A stretch of DNA of 64,000 nucleotides. Origin: a virus (Duplodnaviria > Caudoviricetes). A program made the position numbers and the translations under genes. This document shows, piece after piece, positions 39,012 to 48,715 of the stretch. The notes under the pieces were generated by a model, which saw only the letters and a program-made list of their open reading frames with translations, was not told the DNA's origin and did no database searches. The stretch's first letter is position 1, and each line of letters opens with the position of its first letter. The DNA is taken from the IMG/VR virus record IMGVR_UViG_3300028048_000040, positions 160,001 to 224,000 of that record; one strand, given 5' to 3'.

Positions 39012-40159
39012 AAATGCAAGAATTTCAAAGTAAAGCTTTAAAAATCAAAGATGATATTTTAGGTACTAATCCTGCTCTTTATGAAGTTATAGAAGAAACT
39101 TATAAAGATATGTTTCATAATACAATGGCTGACTTATGTTGCTGTGTTTGGCATATTAAAGGCTGTGGTATTTGGAGATTTGGTATATATTGTGACGGTA
39201 CTTTCATAGCAGAAATTGAAACTCTTGCCAAGTATTCAGAAGACTTCTCACCAGTGACAAGTTCTTTCTCTGTTCCTATTTCTATTCCTAATATTGAAGA
39301 TGGGTTTGAATACAATAAAGAAGAATATGTCTCTAGTTGCCGTAAGATAATCAATTGGATTAGAGATAATAAAGAAGAGGCTCTTACTTTTGCATATTGG
39401 CCAGAAGCATTCATTCAAAAGAATACTTGGGATATTCCAAGATTTAAGTTTGATTGTAAAATGGATTTAGTAGTTCCTCCAGAAAATTATAAGATTTGGA
39501 ATAGAATAGTATGTTGTATGCCATGGTGGGTATTTGGTAATACTATAGATAAAAAGGCTATCTTCGATAACTTCTATAAGTATTTCTATAAAAATAAAAG
39601 AACTAATCAGCAACTATTAAATAGATTCTATAATATATATAGAAAAGAATTAATATCTACTATTGTAAAATGCAATGTTGATATAGATGCTATGATGACA
39701 AAAGGATATGGATACAAATTCTGCATATATATAGATCCTAATAAAATGACAGGCGGTTTTCCTATTGATTTTAAAGAAATGAGTGTAGAAGAGTTTATCA
39801 ATAGTTTAGATTTTTATAACGACTACTCTATAGAAGAGGATCTTTCATATTTCTGGAATTTATTTCAAAATCATGCTAATGATATAGAAAAACAAATAAC
39901 CGCTGAATCTATATTTGATGGAATAGAACCAGATTTAGATTATAAATATAGAACTTGGGAAAGTATTATAGTCAGACCTACAAATTGGCTATCTAAAGAT
40001 ATCGAATTTAATATAGAAAAGTCTATTCCCTTCTGGTTAGCAGTAGAGATGGAAGAATTTGATTTCCAGTATTATACTTCTGGAGATGGTGAAAAACTAG
40101 GTAAATTGTGCAATTGCATAGATTATAGATTTAATAACAAGAAAAAGGAGAAGATGTAA
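39008..40159 (+). CDS. Hypothetical protein
   Basis: AAGGAG RBS; 383 aa. Confidence 0.75.
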   Translation: MKMQEFQSKALKIKDDILGTNPALYEVIEETYKDMFHNTMADLCCCVWHIKGCGIWRFGIYCDGTFIAEIETLAKYSEDFSPVTSSFSVPISIPNIEDGFEYNKEEYVSSCRKIINWIRDNKEEALTFAYWPEAFIQKNTWDIPRFKFDCKMDLVVPPENYKIWNRIVCCMPWWVFGNTIDKKAIFDNFYKYFYKNKRTNQQLLNRFYNIYRKELISTIVKCNVDIDAMMTKGYGYKFCIYIDPNKMTGGFPIDFKEMSVEEFINSLDFYNDYSIEEDLSYFWNLFQNHANDIEKQITAESIFDGIEPDLDYKYRTWESIIVRPTNWLSKDIEFNIEKSIPFWLAVEMEEFDFQYYTSGDGEKLGKLCNCIDYRFNNKKKEKM

Positions 40160-40160
40160 A

Positions 40161-40817
40161 ATGAAACTGATTGTAGTAGTAGACCTGCAGAATGAATTCC
40201 TTGGGTGGCAACCAAAAACTATCCAGAAAGAACTTCCTGAAAAGGTAGTGAACTATGTTGAGAAACAAATGGAGAATCGTTCTACAAGATTATTATGTAC
40301 TCGTGATACTCATCTTGAAAAGGATTATGATGAACATTTTGAATCTTGGACTTATCCTCTTCATTGTGTTCGTGGTACTTGGGAATGGGAAATTGCTCAA
40401 GAACTTGAATGTTATATGAACAGAATAGGTTATAAGAATTGCTGGGTTATCAATAAGCCTACTTATGGTGATTATAGAGAAATACTGCGTTTAAAAGAAC
40501 TATTTAACTGGGAATTCGATGAAATTGAAGTAGTTGGCCTTACAACAGATATTTGTGTACTGGCTACTATGGTTATGCTCAACTGTCTATTCCCTAAAGC
40601 AGAACTGTCTGTTATTGATGAGCTTACTTATGGTACTTCTGAAGAGAAGAAACAGCATGCTTATCAAATAATTAATTCTATGGGATTCCATATCAAGACA
40701 CTTCAAGGATTTGATTATAATTGTCCTGAAGCATGGGAAGATGAAGCTATTGAGAATGATGTAATCAATAAGTGCTTTGAAATAGCTGATAATCTTAAAG
40801 AGAAGGATGATGAATAA
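40161..40817 (+). CDS. pncA: Nicotinamidase / isochorismatase-family cysteine hydrolase
   Basis: VVDLQNEF, TRDTH, PLHCVRGT, INK, GLTTDICV. Confidence 0.8.
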   Translation: MKLIVVVDLQNEFLGWQPKTIQKELPEKVVNYVEKQMENRSTRLLCTRDTHLEKDYDEHFESWTYPLHCVRGTWEWEIAQELECYMNRIGYKNCWVINKPTYGDYREILRLKELFNWEFDEIEVVGLTTDICVLATMVMLNCLFPKAELSVIDELTYGTSEEKKQHAYQIINSMGFHIKTLQGFDYNCPEAWEDEAIENDVINKCFEIADNLKEKDDE

Positions 40818-43420
40818 TGAGAAAAATAATCATCATGAGGGGCTTGCCTGGTTCTGGTAAGTCCACATGGATTAGACAGCATGACCTAGAGGACTATACT
40901 TTATCTCCTGATAATATTAGAAAGATTGTTGCTAATCCTGTCATGAGAATAGATATCCCATACTTCGCTGTAGATCAGACTAGAGATTTCATTGCATGGG
41001 ATATTCTGTTTGATGTTCTGGAACAGAGAATGCAGAGAGGAAACTTCACTGTTATTGATGCTACAACTCTTACTGCAGACCAATTCAATAGGTATAAAAA
41101 GCTTATTGAAAGATATAAGTATAGAGCATTGGTAGTAGACTTTACCGATATGCCTGTTGAAGAGATCAAGAAACAGAACGCAGAAAGAGCTAATACAGTA
41201 GGTTATGTTCCTGAATGGGCTATTGATAGGCTCTATACCAGATGGGAGAATACTGAAGAGTTTATTAAGTCTAACAGATTTAAGATTATTAAACCTACCG
41301 ACTTCTATGAATTTGATAAATTCATGTCTATGAAACCTCTTCAGTTAGATGAAATGAGCTTCAAGAAAGTAGTATTCATTGGAGATATCCATGGTTGTTG
41401 GTCTGCATTGAATAACTACTTTAAGGATACTACTCCTAAGGATCATCCTGATACATTCTATATATTCTTGGGTGATTATCTGGATAGAGGTCCTGAGAAT
41501 GTAGAGACTTTCAAACACTTATACGAATGGAGGGAATACAATAACGTCTTATTATTGCAAGGTAATCATGAAGATCATTGGAAGAACTTTGTTCATGATA
41601 ATATTCCAACTGATGCTTATGAGAAGATTGATTTCTATAAAGAAACACTTCCTCAGTTAGTAGAAGCTGGTATCACTAAAAAGGATATTGCTAGATTAGC
41701 TGATAGACTTGGTCAGTGTGCATACTTGCAGAATAAGTTTACTCAAATTTTAGCAACCCATGCTGGTATCAATGGTATGGTTAAATCTTATGAAGATGGT
41801 AAGAAAATAGCTACTAGCTTCTATGATTCTTATTTCCTTACTAAAATGAATACTTATCAGATGGTGCATGGTGTTGGTGGATATGGTGATGTAAATAAGA
41901 TTGCTGAACAATGGGAAGAATTCATTAATGTTTCTAAGGGTCAAATCAAAGGTGGAGAATTTAAGTTCTACCAGATCTTTGGTCATAGAAATGATGATGG
42001 TCTTCCTGTTCAGGTTTCTGACCATGTCTTCAATCTAGAGGGTGGAGTATCTATCCTTCTCAATGAAGATGCTAGACTGAGGATAGTAGAGTATGATGTT
42101 GAGAATGATACTATGACTCCTGTGGAGGTCATAAATCCTAAGTGGAATATAGGTTATGAGAATACTCCTAATCCTCATACTGCTCTTATCAAAGATAGAA
42201 TGATTAGAGCTAAGGAACTTATCAATGTGAAGAGATTGCATGATAATGTATGTGCATTCAACTTCTCTAATGATGCTTGGTATTCTAAAGGATGGAATAG
42301 TCTTACTTGTACTGCAAGAGGATTGTTCATAGATGTAGAAAAGAATGAAGTAGTTGCTAGATCTTATGATAAGTTCTTCAATTATAAAGAAAGAAGAGAG
42401 ACAAAGGATCTTAATCAAATGCTTAAACATATCAAGTATCCTGTAAGTGTATATGAAAAGTATAATGGCTTCCTTGGTATTCTTTCTATATATAATGGAG
42501 AATTACTGTTTTGCAGTAAGTCTGAGGATCATTTATCCACTTACAAGAGTAATAGTGATTATGAACCTCCTATTGGCAAGAAGATTGAATATGCTATTAA
42601 GAATAGTCTACGGGCTATTATTCCCAAGAAGAAGCAAGAGGAGTTAAAGCATTGGTTTGATGAACATGAATACTATTCCATGTCTAGAATAGTAAATAAG
42701 CATCTTATTGACCATAGACAACCATCTAACTGCATGGCTCTTCTCTTTAAAGAGAATTTTGAGAAACTTGTTCCTGTAGAAACTCAGGAAAAGATTAAGA
42801 AATTCTTACTAGAGAAGAACTGTTCTATGTTGTTTGAGGTTATTGATCCAGAAAGAGATCCTCATATCGTTATATATGATAAACCTAGAGTAGTATTGCT
42901 TGATATTGTATATAATGATATTGAGAAGCCAGCAGCACTCTTCAGTTATAAGAATCTGCAAAATCTGAATAATGGCGTCTTCCATCTTGATCTCAAAGAA
43001 CAAGTAGAGGTCATTAAAGATGAAGAACATTTTAGAGCATTTGTAGAAGGATTCTATAGTTCTACTCATCTTAACAAAGAAGGATTTGTATGTAAAGATG
43101 CTGAAGGATTCATGCTCAAATTCAAGACAGCAGATTATAAGTTCTGGAAGAGTGTAAGAACTATGCTTGATTCAGTTAATAATAGTGACTATGGAGCTGT
43201 ACCAACATTCAATCATACTTGTCCTTACTTATCTGCTGAATTTGATCCTACTGTGGTTCAATACTATAGCAAAGTATTTGATAATTTACTAGGATTCTTA
43301 TTGGAAAAGTTTGGTCAAGAGAGAAGAGATGAACGTATAATCTTACCTCCTAACTTCTTAATCAAACCAGATGGTAGTAGATACAATGTGATTGATATTC
43401 GCAAAATGGTAGATATGTAA
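40817..43420 (+). CDS. RNA repair enzyme: polynucleotide kinase, metallophosphoesterase and Rnl1-type RNA ligase
   Basis: GLPGSGKST and IDAT; GDIHG, GDYLDRG, GNHE; ARGLF, KFFN, EKYNG, EGFV, KFK. Confidence 0.9.
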   Translation: MRKIIIMRGLPGSGKSTWIRQHDLEDYTLSPDNIRKIVANPVMRIDIPYFAVDQTRDFIAWDILFDVLEQRMQRGNFTVIDATTLTADQFNRYKKLIERYKYRALVVDFTDMPVEEIKKQNAERANTVGYVPEWAIDRLYTRWENTEEFIKSNRFKIIKPTDFYEFDKFMSMKPLQLDEMSFKKVVFIGDIHGCWSALNNYFKDTTPKDHPDTFYIFLGDYLDRGPENVETFKHLYEWREYNNVLLLQGNHEDHWKNFVHDNIPTDAYEKIDFYKETLPQLVEAGITKKDIARLADRLGQCAYLQNKFTQILATHAGINGMVKSYEDGKKIATSFYDSYFLTKMNTYQMVHGVGGYGDVNKIAEQWEEFINVSKGQIKGGEFKFYQIFGHRNDDGLPVQVSDHVFNLEGGVSILLNEDARLRIVEYDVENDTMTPVEVINPKWNIGYENTPNPHTALIKDRMIRAKELINVKRLHDNVCAFNFSNDAWYSKGWNSLTCTARGLFIDVEKNEVVARSYDKFFNYKERRETKDLNQMLKHIKYPVSVYEKYNGFLGILSIYNGELLFCSKSEDHLSTYKSNSDYEPPIGKKIEYAIKNSLRAIIPKKKQEELKHWFDEHEYYSMSRIVNKHLIDHRQPSNCMALLFKENFEKLVPVETQEKIKKFLLEKNCSMLFEVIDPERDPHIVIYDKPRVVLLDIVYNDIEKPAALFSYKNLQNLNNGVFHLDLKEQVEVIKDEEHFRAFVEGFYSSTHLNKEGFVCKDAEGFMLKFKTADYKFWKSVRTMLDSVNNSDYGAVPTFNHTCPYLSAEFDPTVVQYYSKVFDNLLGFLLEKFGQERRDERIILPPNFLIKPDGSRYNVIDIRKMVDM

Positions 43421-43478
43421 AACTGTAGAGTAGGGATCATTAGATCCCTACTCATTTTTATTATTAGGAGATGGTATT

Positions 43479-44039
43479 ATGATAATGGAAATCTTGGAAC
43501 TAAAACTAATGATCTTATTGTCTAATTTTAATGCACCAATTTTGTTTGTAACTGCTATTGGTATATTATGGTTAATTTCAAAATGTATTAGAGAAGTAGG
43601 CTATGGTGATTTAGGATGGGACTATAGAGATATTTCAGAGAATGAAAATAAAATAGTGTCATGTATACTGATTATCTGTGTATTACTTACTTTAGTTTTA
43701 GTAAATCCATATCATTATATGAATCATTGGAGTTTTATGTCTTGGGTATTTAAAGATTTATATGAAGCCAATGAAATTGGTTATTTGATAATGTTTACTA
43801 TAAATGATGTAACTTGTAGATTATTTTCTGTAATTTATCTAACAATATTAGCTTTTATACTTCACAAGCTTATCTCTTATGATAATAGAAATCTAGATTA
43901 TTTTGAAAATGTTTCTAGATATAAATTTGTCAATGCTCTTTCTATAGTTATTTTATGCTTAGCTTTGCAAATCTGTTCTTATGCATTGATTCCATCCAAT
44001 GATTTCATATTCACTCAGATGCTTGGATGGGAATTATAA
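43479..44039 (+). CDS. Multi-pass membrane protein
   Basis: Four hydrophobic segments. Confidence 0.7.
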   Translation: MIMEILELKLMILLSNFNAPILFVTAIGILWLISKCIREVGYGDLGWDYRDISENENKIVSCILIICVLLTLVLVNPYHYMNHWSFMSWVFKDLYEANEIGYLIMFTINDVTCRLFSVIYLTILAFILHKLISYDNRNLDYFENVSRYKFVNALSIVILCLALQICSYALIPSNDFIFTQMLGWEL

Positions 44040-44150
44040 AAAGTTAAATTTTATATGACTAAAATTTAATTCGGTTATATACTATATTAGTGTATAACAT
44101 ATGCGAATCTTAAACTTTTATACCATTTACATTTATGAGGAGGATAAACA

Positions 44151-44849
44151 ATGACAAAAGAAACTTTGACTATTGCTCAGATTATTGCTGAGTGTAAGTC
44201 TACCCAGAATAAAATCTTTACTACCATTGGTGATAAAGATTTCCGTCTTGTAGAGTATTATATTAAGGCTAAGCCTTATGTTGGTGCCCGTAACATCACA
44301 GAAGAAGAAGAAAGAATCACTTCTGATGCTGATAAGATCTCTGATCTTATGCTTCGTTTTGATGCTCTTACAAAAGCTCGCATTAAGGCTAATGCTGAAA
44401 CTATGGTCAAAGTTCCTGAGCAACTTTCTCTCAAAGATCTCTTTGCAGGTAAAGAAGCTAAGGAAGAAGAGATTAGCATTGCTGAAGCTATTAATCGTAA
44501 GAAGTATTATATAAACTTCATGAAGTCTATTATAGCTAACTTCGAACGTCAGCTTTCTAATGCATCTTCTCGTAAAGGTCAGCTTGAATACGAGGCTGCT
44601 AATCTTGTCAATCATGATCTTGACCAGCAGTTCCCTCGTGATGTCCAAAAGAACTGGTCTACAGATGCACAGAAGAAGGCTCGTGAAGAACTTGAAAAGA
44701 AGTATGAGGTAGTTCGTCTTGATCCTAAAAACATCATTGCGAACGATTCTATTAACAAACTCAAAACTTCTGTCATGGACTATATTGATAAGATAGATAC
44801 TACTCTGTCTATCATTAATGCTAAGACTGAAGTTACCATTGAGTATTAA
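44151..44849 (+). CDS. Coiled-coil protein, resembles the DIP1984/DUF6847-like family
   Basis: TIAQIIAECK, IKANAET.V, SIAEAINRKK, IDTTLSIINAKTEVTIEY; CGT/CTT/GCT-biased codons; own early promoter 44076. Confidence 0.7.
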   Translation: MTKETLTIAQIIAECKSTQNKIFTTIGDKDFRLVEYYIKAKPYVGARNITEEEERITSDADKISDLMLRFDALTKARIKANAETMVKVPEQLSLKDLFAGKEAKEEEISIAEAINRKKYYINFMKSIIANFERQLSNASSRKGQLEYEAANLVNHDLDQQFPRDVQKNWSTDAQKKAREELEKKYEVVRLDPKNIIANDSINKLKTSVMDYIDKIDTTLSIINAKTEVTIEY

Positions 44850-44857
44850 TATCTGAT

Positions 44858-45382
44858 AAGTTTATTGCTTGGGAGACCAAAATATAAAATCAATCAACCC
44901 TTTCTTTACTTGGGAAGTTGGTTCTTTTGGGGTTATAAAAGAACTTAAATTCTCGCTAATAAAATAAAATTCTTTAGGAAAAAGAATCAGCGACTCATAA
45001 TCGCTACTTAAGTTAAAGCAACGATCATTTAAATCGTGTAGCTTATAATTGGCATGATAATTAAAGATATGCCACCAAACTTTAAACCTTTAAACGGATA
45101 AACTTATAAAGTATAAACCTTTAAACTTTTAAAACGCCCTTCCAGAATTGACAGGCTCATTTGATACCTAATAGCAAAAGGGCACTTTAACTTTATAAAC
45201 TTTTATAAACGATTGGTATATTAATAATTTAAAACTTCCAATCATTATAAACCTTTAAAGATTTAAACTTATAACCCAAATCCTATATTTAACTGTGTTA
45301 TGCTGTTACTCGAAGAGGGTCACTGAGGTGTTTGATTGACCTCAAATATCAGTTATAGGTGATTAACCTGAGCAATTAAATT
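44858..45382 (+). ncRNA. Candidate large structured ncRNA with periodic UAAA repeats
   Basis: Closing helix 44864-44873/45367-45376, many internal hairpins, no ORF of 60 aa or more. Confidence 0.7.
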
Positions 45383-45526
45383 TATATATAAAATAATCTG
45401 CAATTGATTATCACTCAAACAAATTCAGATTGTTTTACTTGCCGTATTTGTAACATTGTGTAGAACGGCAAAACGTGTATCTAAAAAATCATACAACAAA
45501 TCTTTTGAAGTACCAAATCCTTGTGT

Positions 45527-45566
45527 AAATACAGGTAGACTCCTTGTGAGTCTACCTGTATTTTTT
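45527..45566 (+). terminator. Strong intrinsic terminator
   Basis: AAATACAGGTAGACTC-CTTGT-GAGTCTACCTGTATTT followed by a T run. Confidence 0.85.
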
Positions 45567-45627
45567 GTCTTTTTAAAACTCATTTTTAATTATATATTAT
45601 TTAAGTGAAAGATAGGAGGAATATGAA

Positions 45628-45990
45628 ATGGAAAACGATATAAAAAAACTCGGGTTATTATCAGTCTTTATCCACATATGCTAAATATATTAGACACAGA
45701 AGGGGAGATCCGTAACTTTCCGAAATGTGAGACTCCAGCAAGAGTCTCACATTCTAAAAAATTAGAAGGGTGTATCTTGGGAATACCTGTTACTCGTCAG
45801 ATATTTGGGAAGGTCGAAAATCTTCCTGAATTTAAATCTGGGACATTCTATATAGTGTCCCGTTTGGTTGAAGTTACAGCCAAGAAAGAAGGTCGCAAGA
45901 CAAGCGATCTCCTTATCCCTGGTCCTGCTATTAGAGATAAAGAGGGGTGGGTAATAGCAACTAAAGGCTGGCTTCTCCGTCATATAATTT
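45628..45990 (+). pseudogene. Frameshifted phage gene of the IINLTPH...YIVS...DL..P...RD..G type
   Basis: RBS-backed ATG 45628 is out of frame with VIISLYPH across the A7 run 45642-45648; the listed ORF reads through the terminator at ~45995-46015. Confidence 0.5.
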
Positions 45991-46078
45991 ATCTTGGGGC
46001 TTCGGCCTCTTTTTTCTTTTTTAAACTCATTTTTAGTTATATACTATATAAGTGTAAAAGAGAGGAGGTGAAAGCTTT

Positions 46079-46570
46079 ATGATTGATAAAGAGTCACTGT
46101 TCGATCTATTCGAACAAATCAATGGTACTAAACCACCAAAGAAGGTTGTCAAAGCTGTTAATAAGTCTTATAAAGACAAAAGAAAACAGCTGTATGAGGA
46201 AAAGAATTTGGAAGCTGCTAATATAGTGCACAAGACCAAATTAAATTCCTATTACATAAACAAAGACAACCAAAAGGTTTCCGTAAGAGTAAACATAGAA
46301 TATACAAATCATGCGTATAACCGCATAGCTCTACGGGAACTCAACCACCTAGAACTAGAGTCTGCCATTAAGAGGGGAATAGGCAAACTTTTTAGACTAG
46401 GTGAAGGGCTAGAACGCGATTTTCAAATCTATTCCCAAAGATACTTTACCGTAATACCAGGTGCAGTATACTTTGATAGGGATAGACGGTTGATGAGAAT
46501 TATGATTAAGACTGCATTTGCAAGTCCTACTCCTAATTTCAAAAACCATGAAAAGCTGATCTATGTCTAA
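46079..46570 (+). CDS. Hypothetical protein, possible RelE/BECR-like fold
   Basis: YTNHAYNRIALR and C-terminal IMIKTAF; promoter 46038. Confidence 0.55.
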   Translation: MIDKESLFDLFEQINGTKPPKKVVKAVNKSYKDKRKQLYEEKNLEAANIVHKTKLNSYYINKDNQKVSVRVNIEYTNHAYNRIALRELNHLELESAIKRGIGKLFRLGEGLERDFQIYSQRYFTVIPGAVYFDRDRRLMRIMIKTAFASPTPNFKNHEKLIYV

Positions 46571-46739
46571 AAAGTATGCCGCTTTCCTCAGCTAGCGACA
46601 TCTTTTTTTGTATTATTCATATTCTTTAGATATATATTATAAGAGTGATATTTACCATTAGTGGTAGGCCCATGAGCCTACTCTTGCAACTTTTTGTTTT
46701 TTTGGAGTCACATTAGATTAATGAGAAAGGAGGACTAAT

Positions 46740-48164
46740 ATGGATCCTAATACTATTAAAGTTCTATCTACTGAGGATCTTATCAATAGATTTGGAAGAA
46801 CTGATCTATTACCTATACAGATAAATAGAGATTTTTATAAGAAGATGAGAACCAACTTAGTTATTCCTTCTACCAACCAATCTTTCTCTATGGTAGTAGA
46901 ATATATGACTAAATGGTTTTATGATAAATTCCCAGAGAAGTTCTTTAGAACTAAATATCTAGAAGCTTCTCATATTATGGATGTATTAAGATCATCTACA
47001 CAGAAACAATTGATAGGAAATATGAAACCTGCTTCTACTATAGTAGCTGATCTAGATATGTCTTATACTAGAGAGAATCTAGACCTATATAATATGGGTA
47101 TACTTTTATACCAAAACAAATGCCATTATAAAGATGCTTTTTTTATAGATAGAGATAAACACCTCTTTGTTTCTCTTGCTACTGAGCTTATTCTAATGAA
47201 CTTCACTTTCAAAATAAGAGTAGATACTAGATCTATGCAGATAGATGTAGCTAAAATGTGTCAAATAGCATTTAGATCTGGTGGATCAGAGAAACATTAT
47301 AATAATATAGACTTTCCTGTTCCTAATGAGTTAATTATGCAGATAGCAGATGATGCTGGTTTCTGTCCTTGTACTTGTATGATGGATAACATTGAGTTGA
47401 TGAAATATCTAAACTCTCATTCCAAATTACCATTTTTCTACAAACTTAATACTGCTACACAGAATATGGAGTGGTTCATTAAGATTCCCCAATCTATAAT
47501 ACATATCAAAGTAGGCGATATACAGATTGGTCCTGGTAATGTGAAAGGAATGATTAATGTTGACCATGATATTACATTTGATGCACAAGTTAGGTTCCCG
47601 TCACCTAAATTCTATGCGTATTACTCTATTATTGCTAGAGAAAACATTAAGTCTATACATCAAATCAGCTCAGGTATGTATATACAAACTGTTACTAATC
47701 TATCTAGAGTTCCAGAAAAAGATGAGCATGGATGGCAATGGACAGTCCATACAGAATATGCTTTTAATGAAGAAAAAGAAATTGATGATATCAAACACGG
47801 AAGATATGAAGGACTGAAGATTTGTTTTGATGAGTTAGTAGGAGACTTGAGAACAGTAATAGATTATACTAAGTCTATTGCTATATCTCCAGAGGTATTT
47901 TTAAATATAAGATTATATAGCTTTGATAAGTTGGTTAAGACTCATATAGATTGGCAGACTTATACTATTCATATAGATGAGCCTATAGAATCTGCTAATT
48001 GTTATCTAATCATCTATATGGATAATAACTATATGAATGAACAGATATCCAATATTAAAGAATATAGTAAGAATAGAATACAACCATCTGATAATCAGAT
48101 TGGACCTAATATAACTCCTAGAACAAGAACTCCTCAGTCTTCTAGCAGTTTAAGTAATCTATAG
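46740..48164 (+). CDS. Probable virion structural protein
   Basis: Late promoter 46709, AGGAGG RBS; 474 aa. Confidence 0.55.
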   Translation: MDPNTIKVLSTEDLINRFGRTDLLPIQINRDFYKKMRTNLVIPSTNQSFSMVVEYMTKWFYDKFPEKFFRTKYLEASHIMDVLRSSTQKQLIGNMKPASTIVADLDMSYTRENLDLYNMGILLYQNKCHYKDAFFIDRDKHLFVSLATELILMNFTFKIRVDTRSMQIDVAKMCQIAFRSGGSEKHYNNIDFPVPNELIMQIADDAGFCPCTCMMDNIELMKYLNSHSKLPFFYKLNTATQNMEWFIKIPQSIIHIKVGDIQIGPGNVKGMINVDHDITFDAQVRFPSPKFYAYYSIIARENIKSIHQISSGMYIQTVTNLSRVPEKDEHGWQWTVHTEYAFNEEKEIDDIKHGRYEGLKICFDELVGDLRTVIDYTKSIAISPEVFLNIRLYSFDKLVKTHIDWQTYTIHIDEPIESANCYLIIYMDNNYMNEQISNIKEYSKNRIQPSDNQIGPNITPRTRTPQSSSSLSNL

Positions 48165-48177
48165 GAGGTGAAATTAA

Positions 48178-48711
48178 TTGTCATATCTTAAATTTAATGA
48201 ATCATTTAAGACAATGGTTCAGCAAGTAAAAGATTTTTCTTTTGATAAAGAAAAAAGACATATAAATAAACATGATTACTTTAATCAGCTTTTTGATAGA
48301 ACTAAAGTACACAATATCTGCGAAAAAATGATACATCAATATGCTCATAAAGTAGATGGTGGATTAGGAGGAATATCTTTTAATACTCATGAAATGAGAA
48401 AAAAGAATTTTGACCCGGTAAAGCTCAATATAAAACATAAAGAAATTGAAAAAGGTAGAAAAGAAGCTAGTTCTTTAAAAGATCATTTTGATAAAATGAC
48501 TATATCATTTCCAGTATATTTGGCTTATATGTATAAAAAAGGAACAAATGATAAAAATGATATGCACCAATCTACTACATGTTATATTACTTTTGATAGT
48601 AATGGTTGTCATTCAGCTAAAGCAAATATTTATAGTAAAGAAACTGGAAAACCAACTATGACAGAAATACCTGGGCTTAAAGAAGCCATAAATAGATGTA
48701 AGAGAAGGTGA
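48178..48711 (+). CDS. Putative head-packaged protein with MSYLKFNE leader
   Basis: First 8 aa identical to the next ORF. Confidence 0.6.
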   Translation: MSYLKFNESFKTMVQQVKDFSFDKEKRHINKHDYFNQLFDRTKVHNICEKMIHQYAHKVDGGLGGISFNTHEMRKKNFDPVKLNIKHKEIEKGRKEASSLKDHFDKMTISFPVYLAYMYKKGTNDKNDMHQSTTCYITFDSNGCHSAKANIYSKETGKPTMTEIPGLKEAINRCKRR

Positions 48712-48715
48712 GGAC

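Noticed and set aside
45077-45283. CRISPR array
   Set aside because: Units are 7-9 nt and degenerate, with no spacers and no cas genes in the window.
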